64,000 nt of DNA from Chiloscyllium plagiosum (Eukaryota). The position numbers were made by a program, and so were the translations under genes. Shown in pieces: positions 1 through 10,391 of this stretch. Within the stretch, counting starts at the first letter, position 1; each line of letters opens with the position of its first letter. The DNA lies in assembly GCF_004010195.1 (NCBI RefSeq), contig NC_057720.1, positions 7,615,117 to 7,679,116 of the forward strand, written 5' to 3'. The notes beneath the pieces were generated by a model. That model saw only the letters and a program-made list of their open reading frames with translations. It did no database searches and was not told the origin of the DNA.

Positions 1-285
1 ATTGCTGCTTTAACAAAACACTTAAACATCAGATTAATCGGCTAAAAAAATGCTTTGAACTTTAAAAAGCGAGCCAAGTTAAAGTGAACTGTAAAGGTGT
101 GTTCAAGAGATCTGACTAAAGATGAAACAAAGTTCGAGGGCAGAGTAGATGGAAATCCAAGCTGCTAGCAAAATTATTTGTTCAGTGACTTACACTTTGC
201 AGCACTAAGTTAGCTCAGTTAGCTGGATGGTTGACTTGAGATACAGAAAGATACCAACAGCTTGTGTTCAATTCCTTGACTCGCA

Positions 286-694
286 CTGAACATATCTATG
301 TCATTTTGTGAACTCTTGCATGGTCCTTATAATTGTCTTTCGGACCTATTCCTGTGTTGTTAGTACATTTGGTTCCTTCACCCAAGTTACATACAGGTCA
401 TTCGGCTATAACATGCGTTCCATTAACATGAATTCGCAATAACATGATTGACGAATTAGGGACTCTGTTTCTAAGGTGTGAGGTTTTAAAGCGTGTATTG
501 GTTAGAATGCGATTCCAACCCCATTAGTTTAAATGGTGCTGCTATTACATGATTTCCTTATAACACGGGACTGCACGAAAATGGAACTCATTCGTTATAG
601 AAGAACGGACTATATTTTGAACAATTGGAAGCCCAACACTGGTCCCCAAGCGAGTCCGTTTGCCACAAGAATCAGTCTAGGGGCTTTGCTTTGA
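286..694 (-). repeat. Arm 1 of a local inverted duplication (partner 1045-1462)
   Basis: The reverse complement matches 1045-1462 across CR1 remnant, MITE and flank, e.g. TATTTTGAACAATTGGAAGCCCAACACTGGTCCCC vs GGGGACCAGTGTTGGGCTTCCAAATGTTCAAAATA. Confidence 0.85.
394..612 (+). mobile_element. Tc1/mariner (Tigger/pogo-like) MITE, ~220 bp
   Basis: TA on both flanks. Imperfect TIRs CAGGTCATTCGGCTATAAC ... GTTATAGAAGAACGGACTA. Homologous copies at 1128-1346 and ~59830-60032. Confidence 0.65.
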
Positions 695-1044
695 ACTCAA
701 TATTGAGGTCCTACCTGTTTAACCTTCCTCCTCATCTGAGATTTGGTGACTCTGGGTTTAAACGTACCACCAGTTGTATCCCTCTAATGAGTGGTGCAGG
801 ACTATTCTGACTTTATCTTTGCTTACATTACCCACTTGTATAAGACACTGTTTCACCCATAAAGGTAGCCATACATTTAGCTCCCAAAGTCCTCAGATCT
901 GGCATCCTGCTCCTTGGATGCTGTCTGACCTGCTGAGCTTTTCCAGCTTTGCATCTGTTGACTCTGGCTTCCAGCATTTCCAATCCTTACTGTCTCCTAA
1001 GATCTGGAATTCTTTCTTTAAACCTCTCTGTGTTTCCCACTTGC

Positions 1045-1462
1045 TTCACAGCAAAGCCCCTAGACTGATTCTTGTGGCAAACTGACTCGCGTGGGGACCA
1101 GTGTTGGGCTTCCAAATGTTCAAAATACAGTCAGTTCTTCTATAAAGTGGTAGTTCTGTTCTCTTGCAATCCAGTGTTATACGAAAATCGTGTAATACCA
1201 GCACCCTTTAAACCAATGAGGCCAGAATCACATCATAACCAATACACGCTTTAGAACTTCACACTTTAGAAACAGTGTGCCCAGTATTTCAATTGTGTTA
1301 TAGCGAATTTGTGTTAATGAAACGCATGTTCTAGCAGAACAACCTGTCTGTAACTTGGGTGAAGGGACCTAATGCAGCCAAAGTGCTAACTACACAGGAA
1401 TAGATAGGAAAGACAGTTATAAGGACCATGCAAGAATTCACAAAGTGACATAGATATGTTAA
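1045..1462 (+). repeat. Arm 2 of the local inverted duplication; includes MITE copy 1128-1346 and a CR1 RT remnant
   Basis: Matches the reverse complement of 286-694. It continues into decayed CR1 sequence to ~1600. Confidence 0.85.
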
Positions 1463-1639
1463 GGGAGTGGGGTAAAATATCAATGAAGGGACCTAAAGTT
1501 ACTCTGCGCTTCACTGGAGTGTCAGAGGCTGAGGGCTGACCTGATGGAAATATATAAAATGATGACAGGCATGGATAGGGTGGATGGTCAGAGACTTATT
1601 ATTAAACATTTATGCTTGATCTGTCATTAATTAACCAGA

Positions 1640-1990
1640 CAAGGGGACAACGTAGCAATAATGTCAGTGGCAATCCAAAAGTTCAGGTTAATTACTCCTT
1701 GGATGCAGATTCAAGTTCCACACAGCAGTTGGTAGAATTGAATTTAAATTAATAAATCTGGAATTGAAAATTAGACTCTCTAATGACGCCATTAAACTAT
1801 CATCAACTGATGTGAAAAAAAAACTCCATCTATTTCACTGGGAATCTATTTAGGAAGGAAATCTGCCAACATAACCTGGTCTGACCTGCATGTGACTGCA
1901 GACCCACAATTATGTGGTCTAGCCTGCCAATCAGTTCAATGGAAATAAATGCTTCCCAATGATTTCACAGTTCCAGAACAAAAGAAAAAA
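1640..1990 (+). mobile_element. tRNA-derived SINE family B (decayed)
   Basis: Shared body GGAAGGAAATCTGCC...CCTGGTCTGACCTGCATGTGACTGCAGACCCAC and an A-rich tail, as in the copies at 14697, 27020 and 47150. Confidence 0.6.
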
Positions 1991-2032
1991 AAGCATAGAA
2001 TCATGAAGAAAAATATACAGAGATCTTGTATT

Positions 2033-2201
2033 TGAGAGTGTAGTACTGGAGGAGCAGGAGAATCGTCATTCCGGACATAAGCCTTTCATCAGGCTGAAAC
2101 ATCGACTCTCCTGCTCCTTGGGTGCTGCCTGACCAGCTGTGCTTTTCCAGTACCACGCTCATGACTCTGATCTCCATCATCTGCAGTTCTCACTTTCTCC
2201 G
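2033..2201. mobile_element. Short PLE-end-derived palindromic element, family A
   Basis: Family A motif in inverted arms. 14-bp TSD AGAGATCTTGTATT at 2019-2032 and 2202-2215. Confidence 0.8.
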
Positions 2202-2834
2202 AGAGATCTTGTATTGTATATATATATATTTCACAACCTTCAAGACAACAGCCAATATACACATTCTCAAGTCCCACAACTTTTTTGATGATTGGAGCAG
2301 TGTTGTTTGAGGGACAAATATTGGCCAGGACCCTCCAGAATCACAGAACTGTTACAGTGCAAAAAGAGGCCATTCAGCCCATCCTGTCTGCAGTAGCTCT
2401 TCAAACAAGCATCGTTACCCAGTGCCAATCTCCTGCCTTCTCTGCTTACCCTTTCACATTATTTCTATCCAAATAGACATTTCAGTGCTTTGAACGCCTC
2501 AAGGAAACCTGCCTCCACCACATTTCCAGGCAGTCAATTCTGTCCCCTAATTACTCACTGTCTGAAAGCATTTCCTCTCATATCACCGTTGCTTCATTAC
2601 CGCATCACGTTGGCGCATCTCTCTCTCTGCAGAATGCCTACGTTTTACCCCCAACTTGGGTGGTTATAAAAGATTCCACTGTAGCTAACAAGAGTTCTCC
2701 TTCATGTCCTCACCAATGTATCCATCAACCAATGGCTGTCACGTTGCCACTTCAGGGCCTGTATTGTAAGAGTAAATTATGTTTCAAAAACCATTCAGTT
2801 AATTGGAACACACTTTGGGATATTTGAAACATGT

Positions 2835-3430
2835 GAACAAGGAAAAAAGAGTAGGAAACTCTGTCCTTTGAGCCTGCTCCCTCATTCTATAAGATCATGG
2901 GCTGATCTGATTTTAACCTCAGCTCGACATTTCTGCATAATCCCCAATAATTTTTTATCCCCTTGGTCATCAAGAATCGACTTCCTGGGAGAAAGAGAGG
3001 ACCGCAGATGCTGGAGATCACAGTCAAAAACTGTGGTGTTGGAAAAGGGTGATTCCTGATGAAGAGCTTATGCTTGAAACATCGACCCTCCTGCTCCTCG
3101 GATGCTATTTGATCAGCTGTGCTTTTCCAACACCACACATTTTGACAAGAATCTATTTCCCTCTGCCTTAAAAGTATTTAAAGATTCTGAATGCACAACC
3201 TTTTGAGAAATGGAATTCCAAAGGCTCTTAACCCTGTCAGAGAAAACAAAAACTGTTTCCTCCTCTCTGTCTTGAATGAGTAGCCCTTATTTTAAAATTA
3301 TGACCCTAGTTCTCAATTCTGCCACAAGTAGAAACATCCTCTCCACTTCCAAATGATCAAGTCCCCTCAGGATATTATAAGTTTCAATTAAGTCACCCCT
3401 GACTTTTCTAAACTCCAGAGGGTACAGACC
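2835..3430 (-). mobile_element. CR1 LINE 3' fragment, interrupted by a family A element (2986-3145)
   Basis: CR1 3'UTR and ORF2 C-terminus similarity. The insert is flanked by CAAGAATCGACTTCC and CAAGAATCTATTTCC. Confidence 0.7.
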
Positions 3431-3577
3431 AAGCCTAGCTGGAGGTTCTATATAAATCCAAGTCTTTCATTTCTCAGTGAAATTTCTTATCTTCACTTCT
3501 GGGAAGTTGCTTCTATTTGGCAGTCACTGTAACACATACAGGGAACCAACAATGAGTCCATGGTATCCTGCACGCTC

Positions 3578-3705
3578 CATTCCTGATGAAGGGCTTATGT
3601 CCGAAACATCGACTCTCCTGCTCCTCAGATGCTGCCTGACCTGCTGTGGTTTTCCAGCACTACACTCTTCAACTCTGACCTCCAACATCTGCAGTCCTCA
3701 CTTTA
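3578..3705 (+). mobile_element. Family A PLE-end element with hammerhead core
   Basis: CCTGATGAAGGGCTTATGTCCGAAACATCGACTCTCCTGCTCCTCAGATGCTGCCTGACC. Confidence 0.75.
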
Positions 3706-3774
3706 TCATTTCCTGGACTTGTTCAGGAGGTTATTTTATATCTTTATATTTCCTGGAGAGACAGTGTGTGATGA

Positions 3775-4385
3775 AATATAAAAAAACAGGAGCAGGAGCA
3801 GGCCATTCAGCCCTTCAAGCCTGCTCTGCCATTCATATGATCATGGCTGATCCACTATCTTAATATCATATTCTCACTTTCTCCCCAGACCCATCGATGT
3901 CTTTAAATCTACAAATTTATCCATTTTTTAAAATATACTCGGAGGCTTTGCCTTCGTAGCCTTCTGTGGTTGAGAATTCCTTCAAAGGAATAAGTTTTTA
4001 CTCATCTTAATCTTAAAATGTCCACCCTCTATCCTGACTGTGAGCCCCTGATTCTAGACACTCCATTCAGTAGAAACATTCTCCTTGCATTTATTCTTCC
4101 AGCCTTGTTAAAATCTTACATATTTTGATCAGATTCCCTGATATCCTTCTGAAGACAAATCCAATCAAACCAATTGTTCCTTATTGGACAGTCCATAAGA
4201 CCATAAGACCATTTGAAATAGGAATGGGAGTAGGCCATTCAGCCCTCGTGTCTGCTCTGCCATTCCATTGAATCATGACCGATCCAACATTCCTTACGTC
4301 CACTTTCCCACCTTCTCCCCATTACCCTTTATTTCCTTACTGATTAAAAATCTGTCTGCCACAGCTTTGAATGTGCCTAATGATA
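3775..4385 (-). mobile_element. Two tandem CR1 LINE 3' fragments
   Basis: AGGAGCAGGCCATTCAGCCC 3'UTR motif and a (CCATAAGA)n tail at 4193-4212. Confidence 0.7.
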
Positions 4386-4600
4386 ACCAGATGAATTGCG
4401 GATGCTGTAAATCAGAAACAAAAACTGAAATTGCTGTAAAAAACTCAGCAGATCTGGCGGCATCTGTGGAGAGAAAGCAGAGTTAACGTTTCAGGTCCAC
4501 ATCTGAAATAGGTTCACCAGACCCGAAGCGTTAACTCTGACTTCTCTCCACAGATGCGGCCAGACTTGCTGGGTTTTTCCAGCAATTTCTGTTTTTGTTC
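4385..4600. mobile_element. Palindromic element, family B
   Basis: Inverted arms AAACTCAGCAGATCTGGCGGCATCTGTGGAGAGAAAGCAGAGTTAACG and CGTTAACTCTGACTTCTCTCCACAGATGCGGCCAGACTTGCTGGGTTT. Confidence 0.75.
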
Positions 4601-4687
4601 TTGCATATGTCGAACAACTCAGCCTCAACAGGTATCTAGATCTGTTGGTTAATGAGGGTATAATTAGTGGAGAGATGATAGATTGAG

Positions 4688-5203
4688 GATGCATATGTAG
4701 GTTTGCTCGCTTAGCTGGAAGGTTCATTTTCCGACGTTTCGTCACCATTCTAGGTAACATTTTCTGTGAGCCTCCGAATGAAGCACTGGTGGTGTAGCCC
4801 ACTGTCTATTTATATGTTTGAGTTTCCTAGGGTTGGTGATGTCATCTCCTGTGGTGACATCATTTCCTATGGTGATGTCATTTCCTGGTCTTTTTCTCAG
4901 GGGGTGGTAAATGGGATCCAAGTCAATGTGTTTGCTGATAGAGTTCCAGTTGGAATGCCATGCTTCTAGGAATTCTTGTGCATATCTCTGTTTGGCTTGT
5001 CCTAGGATGGATGTGTTGTCTGAGTCTGTGTGTCAGGGTCATGTCGTTTTGTGGCTAGTTGGTGTTCATGTATTCTGGTAGATAGTTTTCTGCCTGTTTG
5101 ACAATGTAGTGTTTGTTATAAACATCTGAAAATGAACCTTCCAGCTCAGTGAGCAAACCAATGTTCAGAACCTCCACCTAAGTTACAAATTTTCTCAAAA
5201 CTC
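4688..5203. mobile_element. Penelope-like (Poseidon-type) element remnant with inverted arm
   Basis: The minus strand encodes a decayed GIY-YIG C-terminus (..EFLEAWHS..). A short + arm lies at 5120-5203. Perfect 13-bp TSD ATGATAGATTGAG at 4675-4687 and 5204-5216. Confidence 0.8.
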
Positions 5204-5984
5204 ATGATAGATTGAGTTAATACTTCAAGCGCAATGAGTTTTCTTAAAGTCAATTCAGACTTGAGAAGCTAATTCTGTGTCTCTCTCCATGGATTCCACC
5301 AGACCCACTGAGCTTCTCCAGCACTTTCTGCTTTTTTATTTCAGATCTCCAGCATCCACAGTGTTTTGCTTTCATAACAGTGCATTTCAGCGTTTGAAAA
5401 GTGGTTGAGTCTGCATCAGCATGGTTTACGCAAGAGAACAGGTCCTTGTTACTGAAACACAACACGTATAATCTGGAGAAATTATGAATGTCACAAGTGT
5501 TAATGTGCCTCTGGTAAATACAGTTTAACAGTGCCAGCCTGGCAATTACTCTCAACAATTGCAGCTCTTTGCTGATTTGGTCAGACTGCACACAGAAGAC
5601 AAATAATGCCAATAGTTTGACAAAACAAAAAGACATGAAACCAGCTTTCACTTTTCATTTCATGAACCACGCTGAACATTGGAAACTGGACAGAATACTT
5701 GCTTGGTTCTCCCCACCCACTTCTTTCCTGGACCCGCACATAAGGTAAGAGAGAAGGCGATGAAAATTGATCTTCACCGTCCATGTGTAAGGCACTCCTT
5801 CACTGCCTAGTTATGAGCTGACATCAAGGCTAAGTGCATGGTTGCAGAGAGACTCTGGTATGCTAAAATGCATGACCATGGGCTACGTAACTGAAACTTT
5901 TCCAGATTTCTCTGCATAACACTTAGCTGCCATACTGTGAATAGCATTGGGCCCCTTACCTAAGGAATGGTACACTGGCAACAA

Positions 5985-6285
5985 AATAAAATAAAGAACT
6001 GCAGATGCTGGAGATCTCAAACGAACATTGCAGAGAGAACCTGCTGTGGAAACTCAGAAGGTCTGGCAGCATCCGTGAAGAGAAAACAACATCAACACTT
6101 CAAGTCCAGTGACCCCTCTTTGGAGTTCGAAAAAAAAAACAGGAAAAATTGCAGGTCTGAAGGGTCACTGGGCTCAAAATGTTAACTCTGCTTGTCTCTT
6201 CTCAGATGCTGCCAGATCTGCTAAGTTTCTCCAGCAATTTCTGTTGGTTTCCATATTTCAGCACCTGCATGTTCTTTCTTTCATT
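5985..6285. mobile_element. Palindromic element, family B
   Basis: Inverted arms with CTGAAGGGTCACTGGGCTCAAAATGTTAACTCT. Confidence 0.65.
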
Positions 6286-6329
6286 CTGTGGCAGTATACC
6301 TGCAATTTCTGTTTGTGCCTGATAAAGAT

Positions 6330-6805
6330 ATACTGTTATTGGAGGCAGCCCTGAGCTAGTTCACTTGGCTGATCCTGGGTTCAGAGGGACAGTCTTATTA
6401 GAAGGGAATGAGTAGGTTGAACCTGAATTCATTGGAATTTAGTAGAATGAGAGGTGACCTTATTGAAACAGGCACATTTCTTGGGGAACTTAACAAGATA
6501 GGTGCAGGAAGTTCTTTCCCTTGTTGGATTGTCCATAGAGGACTTCATCTGAGTAAGGGTCACAGATTTCAGACAGAAATGAGGAGGAATTTCTTCTCTG
6601 AAAGGGTTGTGGCATTCTTTACTGCAGAAGGTCGTAGAGGCTGGGTCGCAAACACATATTCAAGGCTGAGAGGCTATTTTTCCTGAATAAGAGAAACAAG
6701 GATTATCATGAAGAGGCAGCAAAGTGGGGTTGAGGATGATCAGATCCGCCATGATCCCATTGAATGGTGCAGCAGAATGGTCTACCTCTGCTCCTCTGTC
6801 TTGTG
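6330..6805 (+). mobile_element. CR1 LINE 3' fragment
   Basis: ORF 6408-6686 RLNLNSLEFSRMRGDLIET...KGHRFQTEMRRNFFSERVV, followed by a 3'UTR. Confidence 0.8.
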
Positions 6806-6879
6806 ATCTGAAAAAGTGTTAAGTCGAAAAGAAAGGGTTCCAAAGAGTCATATTGGACATAAATTATTAACTGCGTGTC

Positions 6880-7085
6880 TCTCTCGGGAGACAGTGAGGT
6901 CTGCAGATGCTGGAGATCAGAAAAGCACAGCAGGTCAGGCAGCATCCGAGGAGCAGGAGCAGGATGCTGCCTGACCTGCTGTGTTTGCCCAGCAACACAC
7001 TCTCAACGCTGTGTGTCTCTCTTGCTGTCCACAGTTGCTGCCAGACCTGCCGAGTTTCTGCAGCAACTTTTGTCCATATTTCAGA
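6880..7085. mobile_element. Family A element nested in a family B-like element
   Basis: GAAAAGCACAGCAGGTCAGGCAGCATCC...GGATGCTGCCTGACCTGCTGTG hairpin, plus a B-type arm. Confidence 0.65.
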
Positions 7086-7532
7086 AAAAGTAGTTTTCTG
7101 CTTGTTGGGTACTTTGGAATATTCTGAACAATCGAATGTGTTTATGTTTATGACCCAGCCTCTACGACTTTCTGTAGTAAAGAATTCCACAGATTCATAA
7201 CCCTCTCAGAGAAGAAATTCCTCCTCATCTGTGTCTGAACTCTGTGACCCTTACTCAGATGATATCCTCTGTGAACTGCTTCTTTAACTCGGTTCTTCCA
7301 CAAGGAAAGGTCGGTAAAAGTGGTGAAATGAGACATGCTAGTCCCACTTATCTTGCAGACTTCAAAACAGGGAAATAGAATGACCAGCTTATTTCCCAGG
7401 ATCACTGTATTTTTCTTTATCTGAAACTTATACAGTCAGTACCTCCTAAAGCTAACATTGCTTTTGAGTTACAGGATATTGTGTCTCTTCCATCTGCTTG
7501 TCGAACACAAAGGTCTGCTTCATTAATCAGGA

Positions 7533-7862
7533 AATCTCTACAGTGTGGAAGCAGATCATTCAGCCCACACTGACCCTCCGAAGAGCAACCCACCCAGATC
7601 CACCCCAATCCTGTAACCCTGCATTTCCCCTGGATATTCCATCTAGCCTGCACATCCTTGGAAACTATGGTCAATTTCCCATGACCAATTCATCAAACCT
7701 GCATATCTTTGGACGGCGGGAGGTAACCGGAACACCCGGAGGAAACCCACACAGACACGGGGAGAATGTGCAAAATCCACGCAGTCACCCAAGGGTGGAA
7801 TCGAACCTAGTTCCCTGATGCTATGAGGCTGCAGTGCTAACTGCTGAACCACCATGACACCC
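7533..7862 (-). mobile_element. HE1/V-SINE-like tRNA-derived SINE
   Basis: The reverse strand carries the V-domain GTGGATTTTGCACATTCTCCCCGTGTCTGTGTGGGTTTCCTCCGGGTGTTCCGG and a CR1-like tail. Confidence 0.85.
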
Positions 7863-7914
7863 TAATTGCATGCGTTCATCACAGTTTCAATACTGCCTTT
7901 TATAAATAAAACCT

Positions 7915-8090
7915 GACAGAACTTGGGTGTTGTAAATCAGGGGAAGGGTCCGTTCTGAGGAAGGGTCATCCAACCCGAAACATTAACTCTGATTTCTCTC
8001 CACAATGCTGCCAGAGCTGCTGAGCTTTTTCAGCAATTTCTGTTTTTGTTTCTGATTTCCAGCATCCGCAATTCTTTTGGTTTTTAATGC
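7915..8090 (+). mobile_element. Family B element with hammerhead core at 7955-7984
   Basis: GTT-CTGAGGA-A-GGGTCATCCAACCC-GAAA-CA-TT-AAC. Confidence 0.7.
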
Positions 8091-8109
8091 ACCCCTGGTG
8101 TCCTAGTTA

Positions 8110-8335
8110 TCAATTGTCACTCAGTAGTAGAGAATATAAACATTGCTGAAAAAGAGATTAGTAAACAAATTTTTTTTAAAATGCACTTATCAGCATAAAC
8201 ACAAAAATGATTAGCACCCTTTTCTCTTGCACTGTAAATTGTTGAAATCATTTTGAAATTTGGCATTCTTGCATTTGTCCTGACGAGTGCAAGAAAAGAC
8301 ATCTCTTTTTCAGGAATGTCTAATATTTATCACTC
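8110..8335. mobile_element. Inverted-repeat element family D (decayed)
   Basis: TTTGAAATTTGGCATTCTTGCATTTGTCCTGACGAGTGCAAG matches the arms of 61823-62250. Confidence 0.5.
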
Positions 8336-8369
8336 AAACAGCAGAATATCAGGTCATTCGATTGAGGGT

Positions 8370-8588
8370 AAAGTGAGGACTGCAGATGCTGGAGTACCAG
8401 AGTTGAAAAATGTCATGCTGGAAAAACACAGCAGGCCAGGCAGCATCCGAGGAGCAGGAGAATCGACGTTTCGGGCATAAACCCTTCCTTCAGGATTCCT
8501 GAAGAAGGGCTTATGCCCGAAACGTCGATTCTCCTGCTCCTCGGATGCTGCCCGGCCTGCTGTGTTTTTCCAGCACCACATTTTTCAA
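8370..8588. mobile_element. Near-perfect palindromic family A element
   Basis: Arms 8403-8494 and 8498-8588 are almost exact reverse complements. TSD ATTCGATTGAGGGT / ATTCAGTTGAGGGT. Confidence 0.85.
8499..8526 (+). ncRNA. Minimal type I hammerhead ribozyme motif (PLE-associated)
   Basis: CTGAAGA-A-GGGC-TTAT-GCCC-GAAA-CG-TC. A mirror copy lies on the minus strand at ~8465-8493. Confidence 0.6.
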
Positions 8589-8684
8589 ATTCAGTTGAGG
8601 GTGCTTGCTGTACGCAAATTGACTGTTGCGTTTCCTGCATTACAACAATAGCTGCTCTTCAAAAGCACTTCATGGGTTGTATTG

Positions 8685-8975
8685 AATTGAATTGAATTGA
8701 ATTTATTGTCACATGTATCAAGGCACAGTGAAAAGCTTTGTCTTGAGAGCAATACAGGCAGATCACATAGTTATGTGACATAGATAGTCAATAATAGGTA
8801 AACAGCGGCAAAGACAAAATCACAGGTACAGACGAATGTTAAGAGTTTGTGAGTCCATCAGTATTCTAACAACAGTAGGGTAGGAACTGTTATGAAACAG
8901 GCTGGCGTGTGTGTTCAGGCTTCTGTACCTTCTCCCTGATGGTCAAGGTTGTAGATAAACATTGCCAGGGTGGGT
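8685..8975 (-). mobile_element. LINE 3' tail (probably Rex1/Babar-like)
   Basis: (TTGAA)n followed by TTTATTGTCACATGTA...CAGTGAAAAG. The same tail occurs at ~48790, in line with the Rex-like RT fragment at 49930-50395. Confidence 0.5.
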
Positions 8976-9549
8976 GTAAAACATATTGGAGTATCTTGAA
9001 GCTGTGGAAGGCATTTTATGAATGCCAGCTCTTTGCTTCTGCTTTCACCTCTTTGACCAAATCCTTTGTCACTGTTTATGACAGTTCATTTTGTGACTGT
9101 ATCCATTAAAAAAAAATTCTGGCATGCTTTTCCACATTATTCATTTGAAAAGTAGAAATTTGAAGGTTGGCTTCAGGGGAAGGCACAGAGGAGGGATGCT
9201 CCTAAATTCACACACGGGCAACATGTGGGGAGGTTCTTCCAATGACCAGGTACAGGCTGATTAGTCACTCTTTAGTGCTGAAATAATCTGTGCAGCCTCA
9301 TACAAGGATCAATCAACTGCCTATGACACACTCCATACCTAATATTCTTTGCCATTGATCTCAAATAAATGTAGCAGAAGGTATAATGTACATTTGATTA
9401 GACACCAGCACCTCCTTTCCTTCCCATCCCCTTAATACAGTGTCTGCACCTGAGAGATCCATTATTATATCCGAGGTCACATGCCTAAACATTTTAACGA
9501 ATAAGCTCCTACAATGGAGATTTCAACTGGACTGGCCTTATGGGAGGAT

Positions 9550-9780
9550 TGGTTGGCACATTTGGCTGGATGGATATTTTGCAATACAGAGTGGCACCAA
9601 CAGTATGGTTTAATTCCTGCACTAGCTGAGGTTACCATGAAGGGCTCTCTTTCTCAACCTCTCCCCTCAGATGAGACATGGTGACCCTCAGGTTAAACTA
9701 CCACCGTTTCTCTCTCTCTCTCTCTCTAAAATGGGAGCAGCCCTAGGATCCAGTAGAACTATGGTTATTTTACCTTTAGA
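9550..9780 (+). mobile_element. tRNA-derived SINE (same family as 204-820)
   Basis: Head GGTTTAATTCCTGCACTAGCTGAGGTTACCATGAAGG; body GGTGACCCTCAGGTTAAACTACCACC. Confidence 0.6.
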
Positions 9781-10134
9781 TTTGGTGATGCCAACATATG
9801 TGACATTTCTGAGTCAGTTTGCCCTGTTGCTGACCCTACCAGGTCTATCAACACCAAACTAAGGCTGAAAGCAAGCTAAAAATACATCAATGCTTGCATT
9901 CACAGATAGAGAGAGTTTATGGAAGTACCCATTGAGCATCAATTACATTCTTGACCACAGCCCATGTGCATTGTTATACTAGTCCAATGCAACTTAGGAC
10001 TGCATGGTAACATGTAGGAATACAGAAGGATTCAGAGTGCCACATCACTCTCGATTGCACTATAGTCTGCAAATATCAGTTCACAGCTCATGCTCTGCTG
10101 TGAGAAATACTTTCAATAAAGCCCTTGCATTTGG

Positions 10135-10385
10135 GTTCAAAAACATGCAGAAATTCAACAAAGATTCTGAGACAGCACCTTCCAAATACACAACCACTTC
10201 CATCTCGAAGGACAAGGGCAGCAGGGACAAGAGAACACCACACCCTGCAAGTTCCCCTCCAAGTCACTCAATGCATCGGTCCAAGAAGGCAACTCATCCC
10301 CAACTTCTCAAGGGCAATTAGAGACGGGCAATAAATGTTGGCCTAACCAGGGACGCCCATATCCCATGAATGAATAAACAAAAAA
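10135..10385 (+). mobile_element. LINE family B 3' end
   Basis: Colinear with 22430-22880. Tail GGGCAATTAGAGACGGGCAATAAATG...ATGAATGAATAAA. Confidence 0.7.
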
Positions 10386-10391
10386 AATTAC

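Larger units (their letters stand above)
204..820 (+). mobile_element. tRNA-derived SINE (unnamed family), split by a ~410 bp inverted-duplication insert at 286-694
   Basis: Head has an A-box-like TAGCTCAGTTAG and a B-box-like GTTCAATTCC (204-285). The body resumes at ~695-820. Both parts are colinear with the uninterrupted copy at ~9550-9780. Confidence 0.6.

Noticed and set aside
8354..8695. Recurrent ORFs such as MPETSILLLLGCCLTCCAFPA and GAGKAQQVRQHPRSRR
   Set aside because: They are translations of the palindromic family A repeat, appear on both strands and do not form a protein family.
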